From Nitrospirota bacterium (lineage in GTDB: Bacteria > Nitrospirota > Nitrospiria > Nitrospirales > NS-4): a DNA stretch of 62,133 nt. The stretch covers positions 1-62,133 of the forward strand of contig VBOD01000109.1 in NCBI GenBank assembly GCA_005877615.1. The letters run 5' to 3'. Shown piece after piece: positions 30,336 through 39,988 of the stretch (the stretch's first letter is position 1; every line of letters starts with the position of its first letter). A program made the translations under genes and the position numbers. The notes beneath the pieces were generated by a model. The model was not told the origin of the DNA, made no database searches, and was given only the letters and a program-made list of their open reading frames with translations.

Positions 30336-31646
30336 TTACCTGGTTCGGATCTCCGGGGCGCACCGGCCTTCAACCACGTCCTCCGTGATCGTCACGGAGC
30401 GGACTTGCGGGTTCGCGGGAATCTCATACATCAGGTCGAGCATGACCTCTTCCATGATAGCCCGGAGGGCCCGGGCGCCAGTCCGAAGCCGGACCGCTCG
30501 CTTCGCGATGACCTTGACCGCGCCGTCGGTGAACGTCAATTCGACGCCTTCCAGCGCGAACATCGTCCTGTATTGTTTGAAGAGCGCATTGCGGGGCTCC
30601 GTCAGCACGCGGATCAGGGCCGATTCATCCAGCTCGGAGAGACTCACCACGATGGGGAAGCGGCCGACGAATTCCGGAATTAAGCCGTAGCGTTGGAGGT
30701 CTTCCGGCTGGACCTGGGCCAGCAAATCGTCCTGCCCGTTCTTGTCCACCGGACGGACATCGGCGCCGAACCCCATCACGCGCTCACGCGCCCGCCGTCC
30801 GACGATCTGATCGAGCCCGACGAAGGCCCCGCCACAGATGAAGAGGATGTTGGAGGTGTCCACCTTGATGTACTCCTGCTCGGGATGCTTCCGGCCTCCC
30901 TTGGGCGGCACGTTGCAGATCGTGCCCTCAACCAGCTTGAGCAGGGCCTGTTGAACGCCTTCTCCCGAGACATCCCGCGTGATCGACGGGCCCTCCGACT
31001 TCCGGCTAATCTTGTCGATCTCGTCGATGTAGATGATCCCGTTCTGGGCCCGCTCGACGTCGTAATCGGCCGCTTGCAGCAGCTTGAGCACCACATTCTC
31101 GACGTCTTCGCCAACGTAGCCGGCCTCCGTGAGGGTCGTCGCGTCGGCAATCGCAAACGGGACCTCCAAGATCCGCGCCAGCGTCTGGCAAAGGAGAGTC
31201 TTGCCCGTCCCGGTCGGCCCGATCAGGATGACATTGCCCTTTTGCAGTTCCACGTCGCCGACCCGGGCGCGCGTCTGGACCCGGCGGTAATGATTGTGCA
31301 CGGCCACGGAGAGGACTTTTTTGGCCTTTTCCTGGCCGATCACGTAGTCGTCCAGCATACGCTTGATCTCAGGCGGGTTGAGCAGCTTGAAGGCCGGGGG
31401 CCCGGCCCCCTTGGAGGCACGCCGGCCCTGGGAGATCACCGTCTCGCAGCGGGCCACGCACTCATTGCAGATCCAGAGGGATGTGGCAGTGTGACAGGCT
31501 TCGCAGAGGTAGGCTGCCGGGCTTTCGATAAGCTCAATCGTCCCGGCCCTGGACTTCCCGCAAAAGGAGCAGTACAACTCTTTGGCCGGGCGGTTCCCTT
31601 TGTTGCTCCCCCAAAACACGATAGCCCCCTCCGGAGCCTCCATCAT
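30336..31646 (-). CDS. clpX: ATP-dependent protease ATPase subunit ClpX (atypical zinc-binding domain)
   Basis: CSFCGK zinc ribbon, [24 protein letters not shown], Walker [18 protein letters not shown], and an RKH/IGF-type region (GFGA). No clpP lies on either side. Confidence 0.92.
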   Translation of the reverse strand: MMEAPEGAIVFWGSNKGNRPAKELYCSFCGKSRAGTIELIESPAAYLCEACHTATSLWICNECVARCETVISQGRRASKGAGPPAFKLLNPPEIKRMLDDYVIGQEKAKKVLSVAVHNHYRRVQTRARVGDVELQKGNVILIGPTGTGKTLLCQTLARILEVPFAIADATTLTEAGYVGEDVENVVLKLLQAADYDVERAQNGIIYIDEIDKISRKSEGPSITRDVSGEGVQQALLKLVEGTICNVPPKGGRKHPEQEYIKVDTSNILFICGGAFVGLDQIVGRRARERVMGFGADVRPVDKNGQDDLLAQVQPEDLQRYGLIPEFVGRFPIVVSLSELDESALIRVLTEPRNALFKQYRTMFALEGVELTFTDGAVKVIAKRAVRLRTGARALRAIMEEVMLDLMYEIPANPQVRSVTITEDVVEGRCAPEIRTR

Positions 31647-31708
31647 AGCCGGAGGCTCCGGAGAAACTCAACAGGGCCGGCTTACACTCCGCCCGCGCCC
31701 ATCCGTGT

Positions 31709-32626
31709 TCAGCCGGTCTTTCTGTACGGCTCTTTCGCCCGGCCCGATGTTTCGACCGAGGGGAGGGTGGGCCCGCTCTCCGCCACGCAGCGCACGCCCC
31801 ACACGATCATAAACAGGGCGGCGAACAGAAGGGCGCCAGCTGGATAGGGGATGTCACGTAGAGCCTGGATTCCCGCCACTCCGGGAGTCGAAACACCCGG
31901 GATCGAAGGCACGTTTCCCGTCGAGATGGCAGACTGGGCTGCGCTCGCCACGAGAATCGCCGAGCCCAGTGATTCTTGCGCCATCGGGGTCCCGCTTTTG
32001 ATCATCGCGCTCAGCACCCCGGCATCCCTGACCGCCGAGCCGAGCCGCTCCTGGGTGTGCCCCGAGAATTGCTTCAGCGCCAATATCCGTCCGACCGCGG
32101 TCCACCCCAGCGCCTCCTCGCGGCGGGATAAGGCGACCTGCTTTTTCAGTATTGTCGCAGCCCTGATCTGCCCGAGCGATTGTATGAACTCCAGCTGCGC
32201 GGTTTCGGTCATCCCTGCGCGCCACATGCGCTGGGCCGCAGCGACCACCGTATGCCCGGCGGTCTCCTGAATCATCCCCTGCATGCGCATGAGAGACTCG
32301 CGCGCCTCCTCCAAAAGAGACGGTATCAAGGCGGCATGCGCTTCTCTGGTTCGGCTCGCCGAGACGATCTCGTTGCCGAGGCGCGTCTGGGTTAGGCCAA
32401 CGGGAACGTCCTCCATATACTGGAGCTTTTGGGCTTCCACGATCGCCCCTCCTAACGCCTCCTGAGCGACCGCTTCCTGGTCAATGACCGTGGGTGCCGA
32501 GTCCATGAACCGTTCTGTGAATCCTGAAGGCGCTCCTCCGGATGAAAAGAAGAACATTCCTGCCCCCAGGATAGTCGCGCAGATTCCAACCGTGACGACA
32601 ACATCCAAGTGATCCCATCTGCTCAT
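31709..32626 (-). CDS. Hypothetical bitopic membrane protein with internal QExLGxA(I/V)V-type repeats
   Basis: N-terminal TM (VVVTVGICATILGAGMFFF) and C-terminal TM (AGALLFAALFMIVWGV). Start set at ATG 32626 (GAGGAGG RBS), with an in-frame alternative at ATG 32650. The ORF-track start at 32722 would overlap the predicted sigma54 promoter. Confidence 0.6.
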   Translation of the reverse strand: MSRWDHLDVVVTVGICATILGAGMFFFSSGGAPSGFTERFMDSAPTVIDQEAVAQEALGGAIVEAQKLQYMEDVPVGLTQTRLGNEIVSASRTREAHAALIPSLLEEARESLMRMQGMIQETAGHTVVAAAQRMWRAGMTETAQLEFIQSLGQIRAATILKKQVALSRREEALGWTAVGRILALKQFSGHTQERLGSAVRDAGVLSAMIKSGTPMAQESLGSAILVASAAQSAISTGNVPSIPGVSTPGVAGIQALRDIPYPAGALLFAALFMIVWGVRCVAESGPTLPSVETSGRAKEPYRKTG

Positions 32627-32699
32627 CGTCCATCCCTCCTCATGCTGCATCTGAGAATCGCCCCCTCTTCGGAATACGAAGGAAACCCCTGTAACACCT

Positions 32700-32715
32700 A
32701 GCAAGAGGCACGCCG
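32700..32715 (-). promoter_or_regulatory. Candidate sigma54 (-24/-12) promoter
   Basis: The minus strand reads cGGCgtG-cctc-TTGCT. The GG and GC dinucleotides have canonical spacing relative to the TGGCACG-N4-TTGCW consensus. It is about 60 nt upstream of the membrane-protein start and directly downstream of an NtrC-type activator gene. Confidence 0.45.
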
Positions 32716-32799
32716 GTTCCAAGAACCAAAAATCAATAAGGATTTTCTGCAGTTATTGAGAAGGACCCGTCACGAGAGGAACAGTGAATGGCCGGTATC

Positions 32800-32814
32800 C
32801 ACCACCAAGTGGTG
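32800..32814. promoter_or_regulatory. Inverted repeat, possible enhancer (UAS) for the sigma54 activator
   Basis: CACCAC-caa-GTGGTG is a perfect 6-bp inverted repeat about 90-100 nt upstream of the -12 element. Confidence 0.3.
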
Positions 32815-32826
32815 CTATTTCGACGG

Positions 32827-34218
32827 CTACTCAGACGCCTTGAGGTTGTACTTGCCCATCCGGTAACGCAGCGTGTTGCGGGTCACTTTTAAGAGGCGCG
32901 CGGCCTCGGAGACATTGCCCTTGGCCTTCGCCAGCGCCTCCTGCAACATGGCCTTTTCGACCTCCCCGACCGACAGGCCATAGGACAGCAGCGAGGGCCG
33001 TTCGGCACGGCTCGACAGATCGGCGCTGCTCGTGACAGGGTTGCCCGACCGGAGATACCCCGGCAGATCGTGCACATCCACCTGTTCTCCTTTGCAGGTG
33101 ATGGTCACCCACTCGACCATGTTCTGAAACTCTCGAATGTTCCCGGGCCAGGGATAGGTCTCGATGACCTGCATGGCCGCCGGCGTCAGCCCCGTGATCC
33201 GCGTGCCACGCTCCCGTCTGTACCGCGCGAGAAAATGCTCCAGCAGGACCGGGATATCGCCTCGCCTCTCGCGCAAGGGCGGCAGGTGAAGTTGGCAGAC
33301 GCTGATGCGGTAGAAGAGGTCCTCCCGAAACTTCCCCTTCTGGACCAGGTCCCGGAGATCCTGGTTGGAGGCCACCATGAGCCGGAGGTCGATCTTGACG
33401 CCCTTGACGCCCCCCAGCGGTTCGATCGTGCGGTCTTCCAGCACGCGCAGGAGCTTGGCCTGGATCGCAGGGCTCAGCTCGCCGATCTCGTCCAGAAAGA
33501 GCGTGCCGCGATGCGCCAGGACAAATCGGCCCGGCTTGGCTTTCCGGGCGTCCGTGAACGCGCCCTTCTCGTAGCCGAACAGCTCGGACTCCAGCAGCTG
33601 TTCGGGGATCGCCGCGCAGTTGATCGCGACCACGGGGCCGCCGGCGCGCGGGCTGGCATAGTGGATCGCCCGAGCCAGGAGCTCCTTCCCGGTCCCGCTC
33701 TCGCCGCTGATCAGCACCGTCGAGTCGGTCGGGGCGATGTCCTTTGCGAGCGCCTTCACCTTGGCGAGCTCAGCCGAACGGCCGACGATGTTGCCGAAGT
33801 CGAACCGATCGCGCAACTCCTGGCTCAGCCCCCGGTGCTCCTGGGTCAGCCGGCGCATCTCCAGCGCCCGTCTGACCACGATCTTCAATTCATCGTTGTC
33901 GACCGGCTTGCTGACATAGTCGAAGGCTCCCTTCTTTATCGCCTCCACCGCCGATTTGACGGTTCCGTGCCCGGTGATGATCACCACAGGCAGGTCAAGG
34001 TGGCCCCTAGTCACGTGCTCCAAGACATCCAGCCCGCTGACCTTGGCCATCTGCAGATCCGTCAGCACGAGGTCGATGCCGCCTTCCTCCAAGAACTTGA
34101 GACCAGCCTCGCCCGAATCGGCCTGGAGCAGGCGGTACCCCTCCGGTCGGAGGACCAGATCGAACAGCCGCCGCATCTTTTCCTCATCCTCAACGATCAG
34201 AATCGTCGCGTCCGCCAT
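32827..34218 (-). CDS. Sigma54-dependent response regulator (NtrC family: REC, AAA+, Fis-type HTH)
   Basis: Start trimmed to MADATILIVEDEE (ATG 34218). Walker A GESGTGKE, sigma54-contact loop GAFTDA, Walker B LFLDEIGE, and a C-terminal HTH (AARLLKVTRNTLRYRM). Confidence 0.92.
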   Translation of the reverse strand: MADATILIVEDEEKMRRLFDLVLRPEGYRLLQADSGEAGLKFLEEGGIDLVLTDLQMAKVSGLDVLEHVTRGHLDLPVVIITGHGTVKSAVEAIKKGAFDYVSKPVDNDELKIVVRRALEMRRLTQEHRGLSQELRDRFDFGNIVGRSAELAKVKALAKDIAPTDSTVLISGESGTGKELLARAIHYASPRAGGPVVAINCAAIPEQLLESELFGYEKGAFTDARKAKPGRFVLAHRGTLFLDEIGELSPAIQAKLLRVLEDRTIEPLGGVKGVKIDLRLMVASNQDLRDLVQKGKFREDLFYRISVCQLHLPPLRERRGDIPVLLEHFLARYRRERGTRITGLTPAAMQVIETYPWPGNIREFQNMVEWVTITCKGEQVDVHDLPGYLRSGNPVTSSADLSSRAERPSLLSYGLSVGEVEKAMLQEALAKAKGNVSEAARLLKVTRNTLRYRMGKYNLKASE

Positions 34219-34240
34219 GCGTCTCCTTTTACTCTCCCCC

Positions 34241-36232
34241 TTACCGAGCCGGCGCCGGCAACCGAAGCACGACTTCCGTGCCCTTCCCCTCCTGGCTGTT
34301 GATCGCCAGTTGCCCACCATTCTGTTCCACCAGCCGCTTGGCGTTCGTCAGGCCTAGCCCGGTCCCGAAGTCTTTGGTGGTGAAGAACGGATCGAAGATC
34401 TGCTTGAGGTGTTCTGGGCTGATCCCGCATCCGGTATCCACAATCCGCACGACCACCGTCGCCGGCGCGCCGCTCTTGCCATCCATGCTGGCCGTGATGG
34501 TGAGGGTCCCGCCCTGCGGCATCGCTTCCCGGGCGTTGATCAGGAGATTCACCAACGCCTCCTTCACCTGATCCGGGTCCACCATCAAGTCCGGCACGTC
34601 GGATGCGATACGCACCTCTTCGGCAATGGAAGACCCAGCCCCCAGCGCCCGCCACTCCTGCAGGGCCGCCTCCAGGAGCGCCTTGACCGCAACGGGGCGG
34701 GCTTCTGGCGGTTTTTGCCGGGCAAACCGCAGGAAGTGATTGATCCGGTTCGTGAGCCGGTCCACTTCCTCGATCACGTACTGCGCCACCTCGCGCTTGA
34801 CGGCCTCGGACTGGTGATCGTCCAGCACGAGTTGGGCCGAGCTGCGGATCACGCCGAGCGGGTTCTTGATGTCGTGGGCGAGGGCAGCCAGCAGTTGGCC
34901 GACCGATGCCAGCTTTTCTTTGCGCAGGAGCTCGTTCTCCTGGTTGCGGATCGTCTTCAGGCTCTCGTCCAACGCCTGCGCCATCTGGTTGAAAGCCAGC
35001 GCGAGCGACTCTAACTCGTCACCGGTGCGCACCGTCACCCGACGCTCGCCCGTGTTTCGGAGCGCCCGATCAAACCGGCCGGCCGACGCCAGGTCCCGCA
35101 CGCCCTGCCGAATTGCGTCAGCCTGCTCTTGCAACATCAGAATGGGCTTCACGAACAGGCGCCCGAGAAAAAACCCCAGCGACGCGAGCGCTGTTACCAT
35201 CCCAAACCCGATCATCCCCACCGTGCGCAACAGCGTGTACACCGGGGCATAGGTCTCGTCAGGGTCCTGGCGCACGAAGGCATACCACTGGTGCCCGCCC
35301 AGGCTGGACTCCGACAGCGGATGGACGAATCGGATGGGAGCGTACCCGACGATCGAGTTGTGTCCCCCGTGGGCATCGTCCTCGGCCACCACCCACCCGG
35401 GGGTCGTTTGCATCAGTTGCCGCATCAATGGATCGTTGATCAGGTGCGCCTTGGGCGGGAGGACCGGGCAGATGAGCGGCGTGCCCTCGGTGTTGAGCAG
35501 CATGCCGTGCCCCCGCTCCCCGACCTTGATCTCCATGATGGCCTTCATCAGATTCGCGCGCCGCAGCTCCAGCTTGACCACCCCGATGGCGCGCTTACCA
35601 GTGCGGTCCATGACGGGGACCGCAATGTCCAGCAGATACTCGCCTGCCGCCTGCTTGTAGATGTCGCTGACGTACAGCCGACCGCGTCCGTCAGCGAAGG
35701 CTTCTCGCCACCAGAGTTCATCGCCGTGCAGGTATCCGACGGTGGGGGCCACGCTCGCGACCAGGGCTCCCCGCGCGTCCGTGACCAGGAGGTTCTGATA
35801 CTCGCCGGCCCGGACGGCGTACCAGTCTCGAATGTAGAACAGCGTCCCGCGATTGATGTAACTCGGGAGAACCCGGTCCTCCCCGCCCCGGTACCGCTCC
35901 CACTGCGCGCTGCGCTGCAGCAACCGGGCACGGACCGCCTGCGGGTCTTCCGGCCGGTAGGACCCGTTCGACGCCTCGACCGATGCCCGCACCGTGAACG
36001 GTGTCGCCGCCAATTGGCGCACGCCGTCGATCTCGTCATCGATCATGACCTCGATCCGGCGCGCGGTTGAGGTGGCGATCTGCTGGAAGCTGCCGCCGAT
36101 AGAGGTTTTGATCGTCTGGATGCTATAGAGGTAGGTCGCGAAGAGGGCGACGATTCCGGGCGAGAAGCCGACGATCAGAAGGGAGGCGACGAATTTCTTC
36201 TGAAGGCCACGTCGCGACCGGCTGAGTCCCAT
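34241..36232 (-). CDS. Sensor histidine kinase (two TM, Cache-like periplasmic domain, HAMP, HisKA, HATPase_c)
   Basis: 663 aa with H-box LLAALAHDIKNPL, N-box LINAREAM, and G-boxes DTGCGI and GTGLGL. Confidence 0.9.
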   Translation of the reverse strand: MGLSRSRRGLQKKFVASLLIVGFSPGIVALFATYLYSIQTIKTSIGGSFQQIATSTARRIEVMIDDEIDGVRQLAATPFTVRASVEASNGSYRPEDPQAVRARLLQRSAQWERYRGGEDRVLPSYINRGTLFYIRDWYAVRAGEYQNLLVTDARGALVASVAPTVGYLHGDELWWREAFADGRGRLYVSDIYKQAAGEYLLDIAVPVMDRTGKRAIGVVKLELRRANLMKAIMEIKVGERGHGMLLNTEGTPLICPVLPPKAHLINDPLMRQLMQTTPGWVVAEDDAHGGHNSIVGYAPIRFVHPLSESSLGGHQWYAFVRQDPDETYAPVYTLLRTVGMIGFGMVTALASLGFFLGRLFVKPILMLQEQADAIRQGVRDLASAGRFDRALRNTGERRVTVRTGDELESLALAFNQMAQALDESLKTIRNQENELLRKEKLASVGQLLAALAHDIKNPLGVIRSSAQLVLDDHQSEAVKREVAQYVIEEVDRLTNRINHFLRFARQKPPEARPVAVKALLEAALQEWRALGAGSSIAEEVRIASDVPDLMVDPDQVKEALVNLLINAREAMPQGGTLTITASMDGKSGAPATVVVRIVDTGCGISPEHLKQIFDPFFTTKDFGTGLGLTNAKRLVEQNGGQLAINSQEGKGTEVVLRLPAPAR

Positions 36233-36247
36233 GAGGCGGTCCCTTCG

Positions 36248-37501
36248 TCACTGCATAACGCGCGCGACATCTCCCTTTTGAAGCGGTCCCAAGGCGGTCA
36301 GGGCCAGAAAACGATCATCGAAGAGCTCCCGGCTGAGACGCCACAGTTGGTCCGCCGAGATCGCGTCGATGTCGGCCATGACCTGCCTCAGCGGGATATG
36401 GCACCCGAAGTACAGCTCGTCCTTGGCCAGTTTGCTCATCCGGCTGCTCGTGCTCTCGAGTCCCAGCATGAGGTTGCCCTTCAACTGGCTCTTGGCCCGC
36501 TCCAATTCGGCGCGCCCGACCGGCTTGTCCTGCAGCCGACGCAACTCCTTGAGGATGAGCCGGATCGCGCGGGGCGCCGCGTCAGGCCGGACCCCGGCAT
36601 AGACCGTCACCAACCCGCTGTCCGTAAAACACGTGACGAAGGAATAAATGGAGTAGGCCAACCCGCGCTTCTCCCGCACCTCTTGGAACAAGCGGGAACT
36701 GACGCCCCCGCCCAGGACGGCGTTCAACGCGTAGACCGCGTACCGATCCTTGTCGCTGTGGGCGATGCCTTTGGCGCCCACGCAGATGTGAGCTTGCTCC
36801 AACGGCTTCGACCGGACCTGCACGCCTTTCGTGACCGTCGGCGGGACCCGGCGCGCGGACCCGGTCTCGGAATCCCACGGGCCTCCGAACGCCGACGCCA
36901 GTTGCTTCAGCACCGGCCCGAAGGCGAAATTCCCCGCCACCGCGACGACGACCTGCGAGGGTCGGTAATGTTGGGCCCTGAAAGACAGCAACGGGGCCCG
37001 GCGGAGCGCTTCGATGGTGGCGACTTCTCCGAGCACGGGCCGTCCCAGCGGGTGGGAGCGGAGGGCATTCTTGGTGTGCAAGTCATGGAGGTAATCCTCG
37101 GGGTCGTCTTCGACCATCCGGATCTCTTCCAGCACCACCTGCTTCTCCTTGGTCACTTCCCTGGCGTCAAACCGGGAATGGTGGAAGATGTCCGCGAGCA
37201 GGTCGAGGCCTTGCGTCAGGTGCTCGTCCAGAACCTTGGCGTAAAAGGTGGTGCACTCCCGGGACGTAAAGGCATTGAGCTCCCCGCCGAGCGCGTCGAT
37301 CTCCCGCGAGATGGCCTCGGCGGAGCGCCGCCGAGTGCCCTTGAAGACCATGTGCTCGATGAAATGCGAGAAGCCTTCCTCGCCCGGCTGCTCATCGCGC
37401 GAGCCGACATCCACCCAGATCCCGATCGAGACCGACCGCACCGACGGTATCCGCTCGGTGACCACCCGCACGCCGTTGTCCAGTACCTCTTTCCTGAACA
37501 T
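36248..37501 (-). CDS. M16-family zinc peptidase (insulinase-like)
   Basis: 417 aa with the inverted zinc motif HFIEHMVFKGT. It sits in the conserved position downstream of pnp. Confidence 0.87.
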   Translation of the reverse strand: MFRKEVLDNGVRVVTERIPSVRSVSIGIWVDVGSRDEQPGEEGFSHFIEHMVFKGTRRRSAEAISREIDALGGELNAFTSRECTTFYAKVLDEHLTQGLDLLADIFHHSRFDAREVTKEKQVVLEEIRMVEDDPEDYLHDLHTKNALRSHPLGRPVLGEVATIEALRRAPLLSFRAQHYRPSQVVVAVAGNFAFGPVLKQLASAFGGPWDSETGSARRVPPTVTKGVQVRSKPLEQAHICVGAKGIAHSDKDRYAVYALNAVLGGGVSSRLFQEVREKRGLAYSIYSFVTCFTDSGLVTVYAGVRPDAAPRAIRLILKELRRLQDKPVGRAELERAKSQLKGNLMLGLESTSSRMSKLAKDELYFGCHIPLRQVMADIDAISADQLWRLSRELFDDRFLALTALGPLQKGDVARVMQ

Positions 37502-37521
37502 GTCGACTGCGTCTCAGATCG

Positions 37522-39624
37522 CTACGATTGCGCGGAGGCTTTCGGGTCGGGCATCGCCTCCTTACGGCTGAGCCGGATCTTACCCTGCCGGTCCACCTCC
37601 AGCACCTTCACGAGCACCTCGTCGCCCTCCTTGACCTCGTCCGACACCGCCTTGACGCGATGGTGCGCCAGCTGTGAGATATGCACGAGTCCATCCACCC
37701 CTGGCAGCACTTCGACGAAGGCACCGAAGTCCATGATCTTCTTGACCTTGCCCATGTACAGCTTGCCGACCTCGACTTCCTCGGTGATCTGGTTCACCCG
37801 GGTAATCGCCTTCTGGGCGGACGCCTCGTCGCTCGAGGCGATCGTCACGGTCCCGTCGTCCTCCACATCCATTTTCACGCCGCAAGTGGCCACGATGTCG
37901 CGGATGACTTTGCCGCCGGGACCGATGACCTCGCGGATCTTCTCCGGCTTGATCTTGAGCGTGTAGATCCGGGGCGCGTAGGGCGACATGTGCGGGCGCG
38001 GCGCCGCAAGGGCCAAGCGCATACGTTCCAGGATGTACAGCCGCCCCTCGCGCGCCTGCGCCAGGGCCCGCTCCATGAGTTGGGCCGTGATCCCCGCGAT
38101 CTTGATGTCCATCTGCAGCGCCGTCACGCCTTGCGCCGTGCCGCAGACCTTGAAGTCCATGTCGCCCAGATGATCCTCGAGCCCCAGGATATCGGAGATG
38201 ACCATCACCTTGTCACGTTCTTTGATCAGCCCCATCGCGATGCCGGCCACGGGCTCCTTGACGGGCACGCCGGCATCCATGAGGGCCAGGCTCCCGCCGC
38301 AGACGGTCGCCATCGACGAGGACCCGTTCGACTCCAGGATGTCCGAAACCAGGCGCAGGGTGTAGGGGAACTCCTGCTTGGACGGGAGGACCGGCTTCAA
38401 GGCGCGCTCCGCGAGGGCGCCATGGCCGATCTCGCGGCGGCCTGGCGAGCGCAGCGGTCTGGCCTCACCGACGCTGAAGGGGGGGAAGTTATAATGCAGC
38501 ATGAAGTTCCGGTAGTACTCGCCCTCCAAGGCGTCGATCTTTTGCTCATCATCGCTGGTGCCCAACGTGACGACCGCGAGCGCCTGTGTTTCCCCTCGCG
38601 TGAACAGCGCCGAGCCGTGCGCGCGCGGCAGGATGCCCACTTCGCACGTGATCGGCCGGATGTCCGCGGGCCCGCGCCCGTCGGCTCGCTTGCCGTGCTC
38701 CAGGATCATCTTACGGACTTCGGTGTACTCGAGGTTATGAAACACGAGCTTCACGTGGCGTTCGCGATCCGGGTCGTCCGCCTTCCTGAGAGCCTCCACC
38801 GCTTCCGCCATGATCGCATCCAAGCGTTCCTGGCGGGCGGTCTTGTTCGGGATGAAGATCGCTTCCCGGATCTTCGCGGCCGTGAGTGTCTCCACCGTCG
38901 CCGCCAGAGCCGGATCGATCTGTTCGGTCACCGCAACGCGCTTGGGCTTGCCGCTCACCGCGACGAGCTTCCGGATGGTTTCCACGATCTTCTTGATTTC
39001 CACGTGCGCCCGCTCGATCGCCGCGATCATCACGCTTTCCGGCAGGCCGTTCGCCCCGCCTTCCACCATCATGACGGCGTCCGCCGTCCCGGCCACCACC
39101 AGGCTCAGATCGCATTCATCCAGCGCGCTCAAGACCGGATTGATCACAAATTCCCCTTTCAGCCGACCCACACGCACGGCGCCCACCGGTCCGTTGAAGG
39201 GGATGTTGGAGATCGCCAGCGCCGCCGAGGACGCGATGATGCCAATCACGTCGGCGGTACCGGACTGGTCCGCCGAGATCACCGTCGCGATCACCTGGGT
39301 CTCGTAGTACCAGCCCTCTGGGAACAGCGGCCGCATCGGCCGATCGATCAGGCGACTCGCGAGCTTTTCCCGCTCCGACGGTTGGCCCTCGCGCCTGAAA
39401 AAGCCGCCCGGAATCTTGCCCGCGGCATAGGCTTTCTCCTGGTAGTCCACGGTCAGCGGCAGGAAATCGGTGTCCTTCTTGGCAGCCTGCGAGGCCACCG
39501 CTGTGGCCAACACGTACGTGTCGCCATAGGTGGCCAGCACCGCGCCATCGGCCTGCTTGGCCAAGTGCCCGGTTTCCAGCCGAAGCGTGCGGCCCTCTAT
39601 TTCGAGTTCAACTGTCTGCGCCAT
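37522..39624 (-). CDS. pnp: Polyribonucleotide nucleotidyltransferase (PNPase)
   Basis: 700 aa with two RNase PH domains, then KH (VIGPGGKVIRDI) and S1 (GKVKKIMDFGAFVE) domains. Confidence 0.98.
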   Translation of the reverse strand: MAQTVELEIEGRTLRLETGHLAKQADGAVLATYGDTYVLATAVASQAAKKDTDFLPLTVDYQEKAYAAGKIPGGFFRREGQPSEREKLASRLIDRPMRPLFPEGWYYETQVIATVISADQSGTADVIGIIASSAALAISNIPFNGPVGAVRVGRLKGEFVINPVLSALDECDLSLVVAGTADAVMMVEGGANGLPESVMIAAIERAHVEIKKIVETIRKLVAVSGKPKRVAVTEQIDPALAATVETLTAAKIREAIFIPNKTARQERLDAIMAEAVEALRKADDPDRERHVKLVFHNLEYTEVRKMILEHGKRADGRGPADIRPITCEVGILPRAHGSALFTRGETQALAVVTLGTSDDEQKIDALEGEYYRNFMLHYNFPPFSVGEARPLRSPGRREIGHGALAERALKPVLPSKQEFPYTLRLVSDILESNGSSSMATVCGGSLALMDAGVPVKEPVAGIAMGLIKERDKVMVISDILGLEDHLGDMDFKVCGTAQGVTALQMDIKIAGITAQLMERALAQAREGRLYILERMRLALAAPRPHMSPYAPRIYTLKIKPEKIREVIGPGGKVIRDIVATCGVKMDVEDDGTVTIASSDEASAQKAITRVNQITEEVEVGKLYMGKVKKIMDFGAFVEVLPGVDGLVHISQLAHHRVKAVSDEVKEGDEVLVKVLEVDRQGKIRLSRKEAMPDPKASAQS

Positions 39625-39693
39625 GGGTCCTCTCTCTCCTTTGTGCTCTGAAGGGCCGGCCGGACGCCCACCGCCCGACCGTCCCGCAGCCTC

Positions 39694-39963
39694 CTAGCGC
39701 CGGATCCCCAGTCGCGTGATCACGGCCTTGTATCGCTCCTCATCATACCGGCGGAGATAATCCAGCAGGCGGCGGCGCCGGCTCACCATCATCAGCAGCC
39801 CCCGCCGCGAATGGTGGTCCTTCTTGTGACCCCGGAAGTGCTCCGTCAGGTAGGTGATCCGGCTGGTCAGGATCGCGATTTGCACTTCGGGAGAGCCGGT
39901 GTCCGTATCGTGAGTCTTGTACTGCTGAATGAGCGGGGTCTTCACCTCTTTCGCTAACGCCAT
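39694..39963 (-). CDS. rpsO: 30S ribosomal protein S15
   Basis: [36 protein letters not shown]. Confidence 0.97.
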   Translation of the reverse strand: MALAKEVKTPLIQQYKTHDTDTGSPEVQIAILTSRITYLTEHFRGHKKDHHSRRGLLMMVSRRRRLLDYLRRYDEERYKAVITRLGIRR

Positions 39964-39988
39964 GCCGACTGTCCTCCTTCATAATGGA

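Noticed and set aside
32627-32722. Upstream extension of the repeat membrane-protein ORF (MEPACLLLGV...).
   Set aside because: It contains the predicted sigma54 -24/-12 element. The downstream ATGs (32650 and 32626) have Shine-Dalgarno sequences.
39625-39693. rpsO-pnp intergenic region, inspected for the RNase III-type regulatory hairpin known from E. coli.
   Set aside because: Only a weak 5-bp GGACG/CGTCC pairing with a large loop is visible. That is not enough to call a structure.
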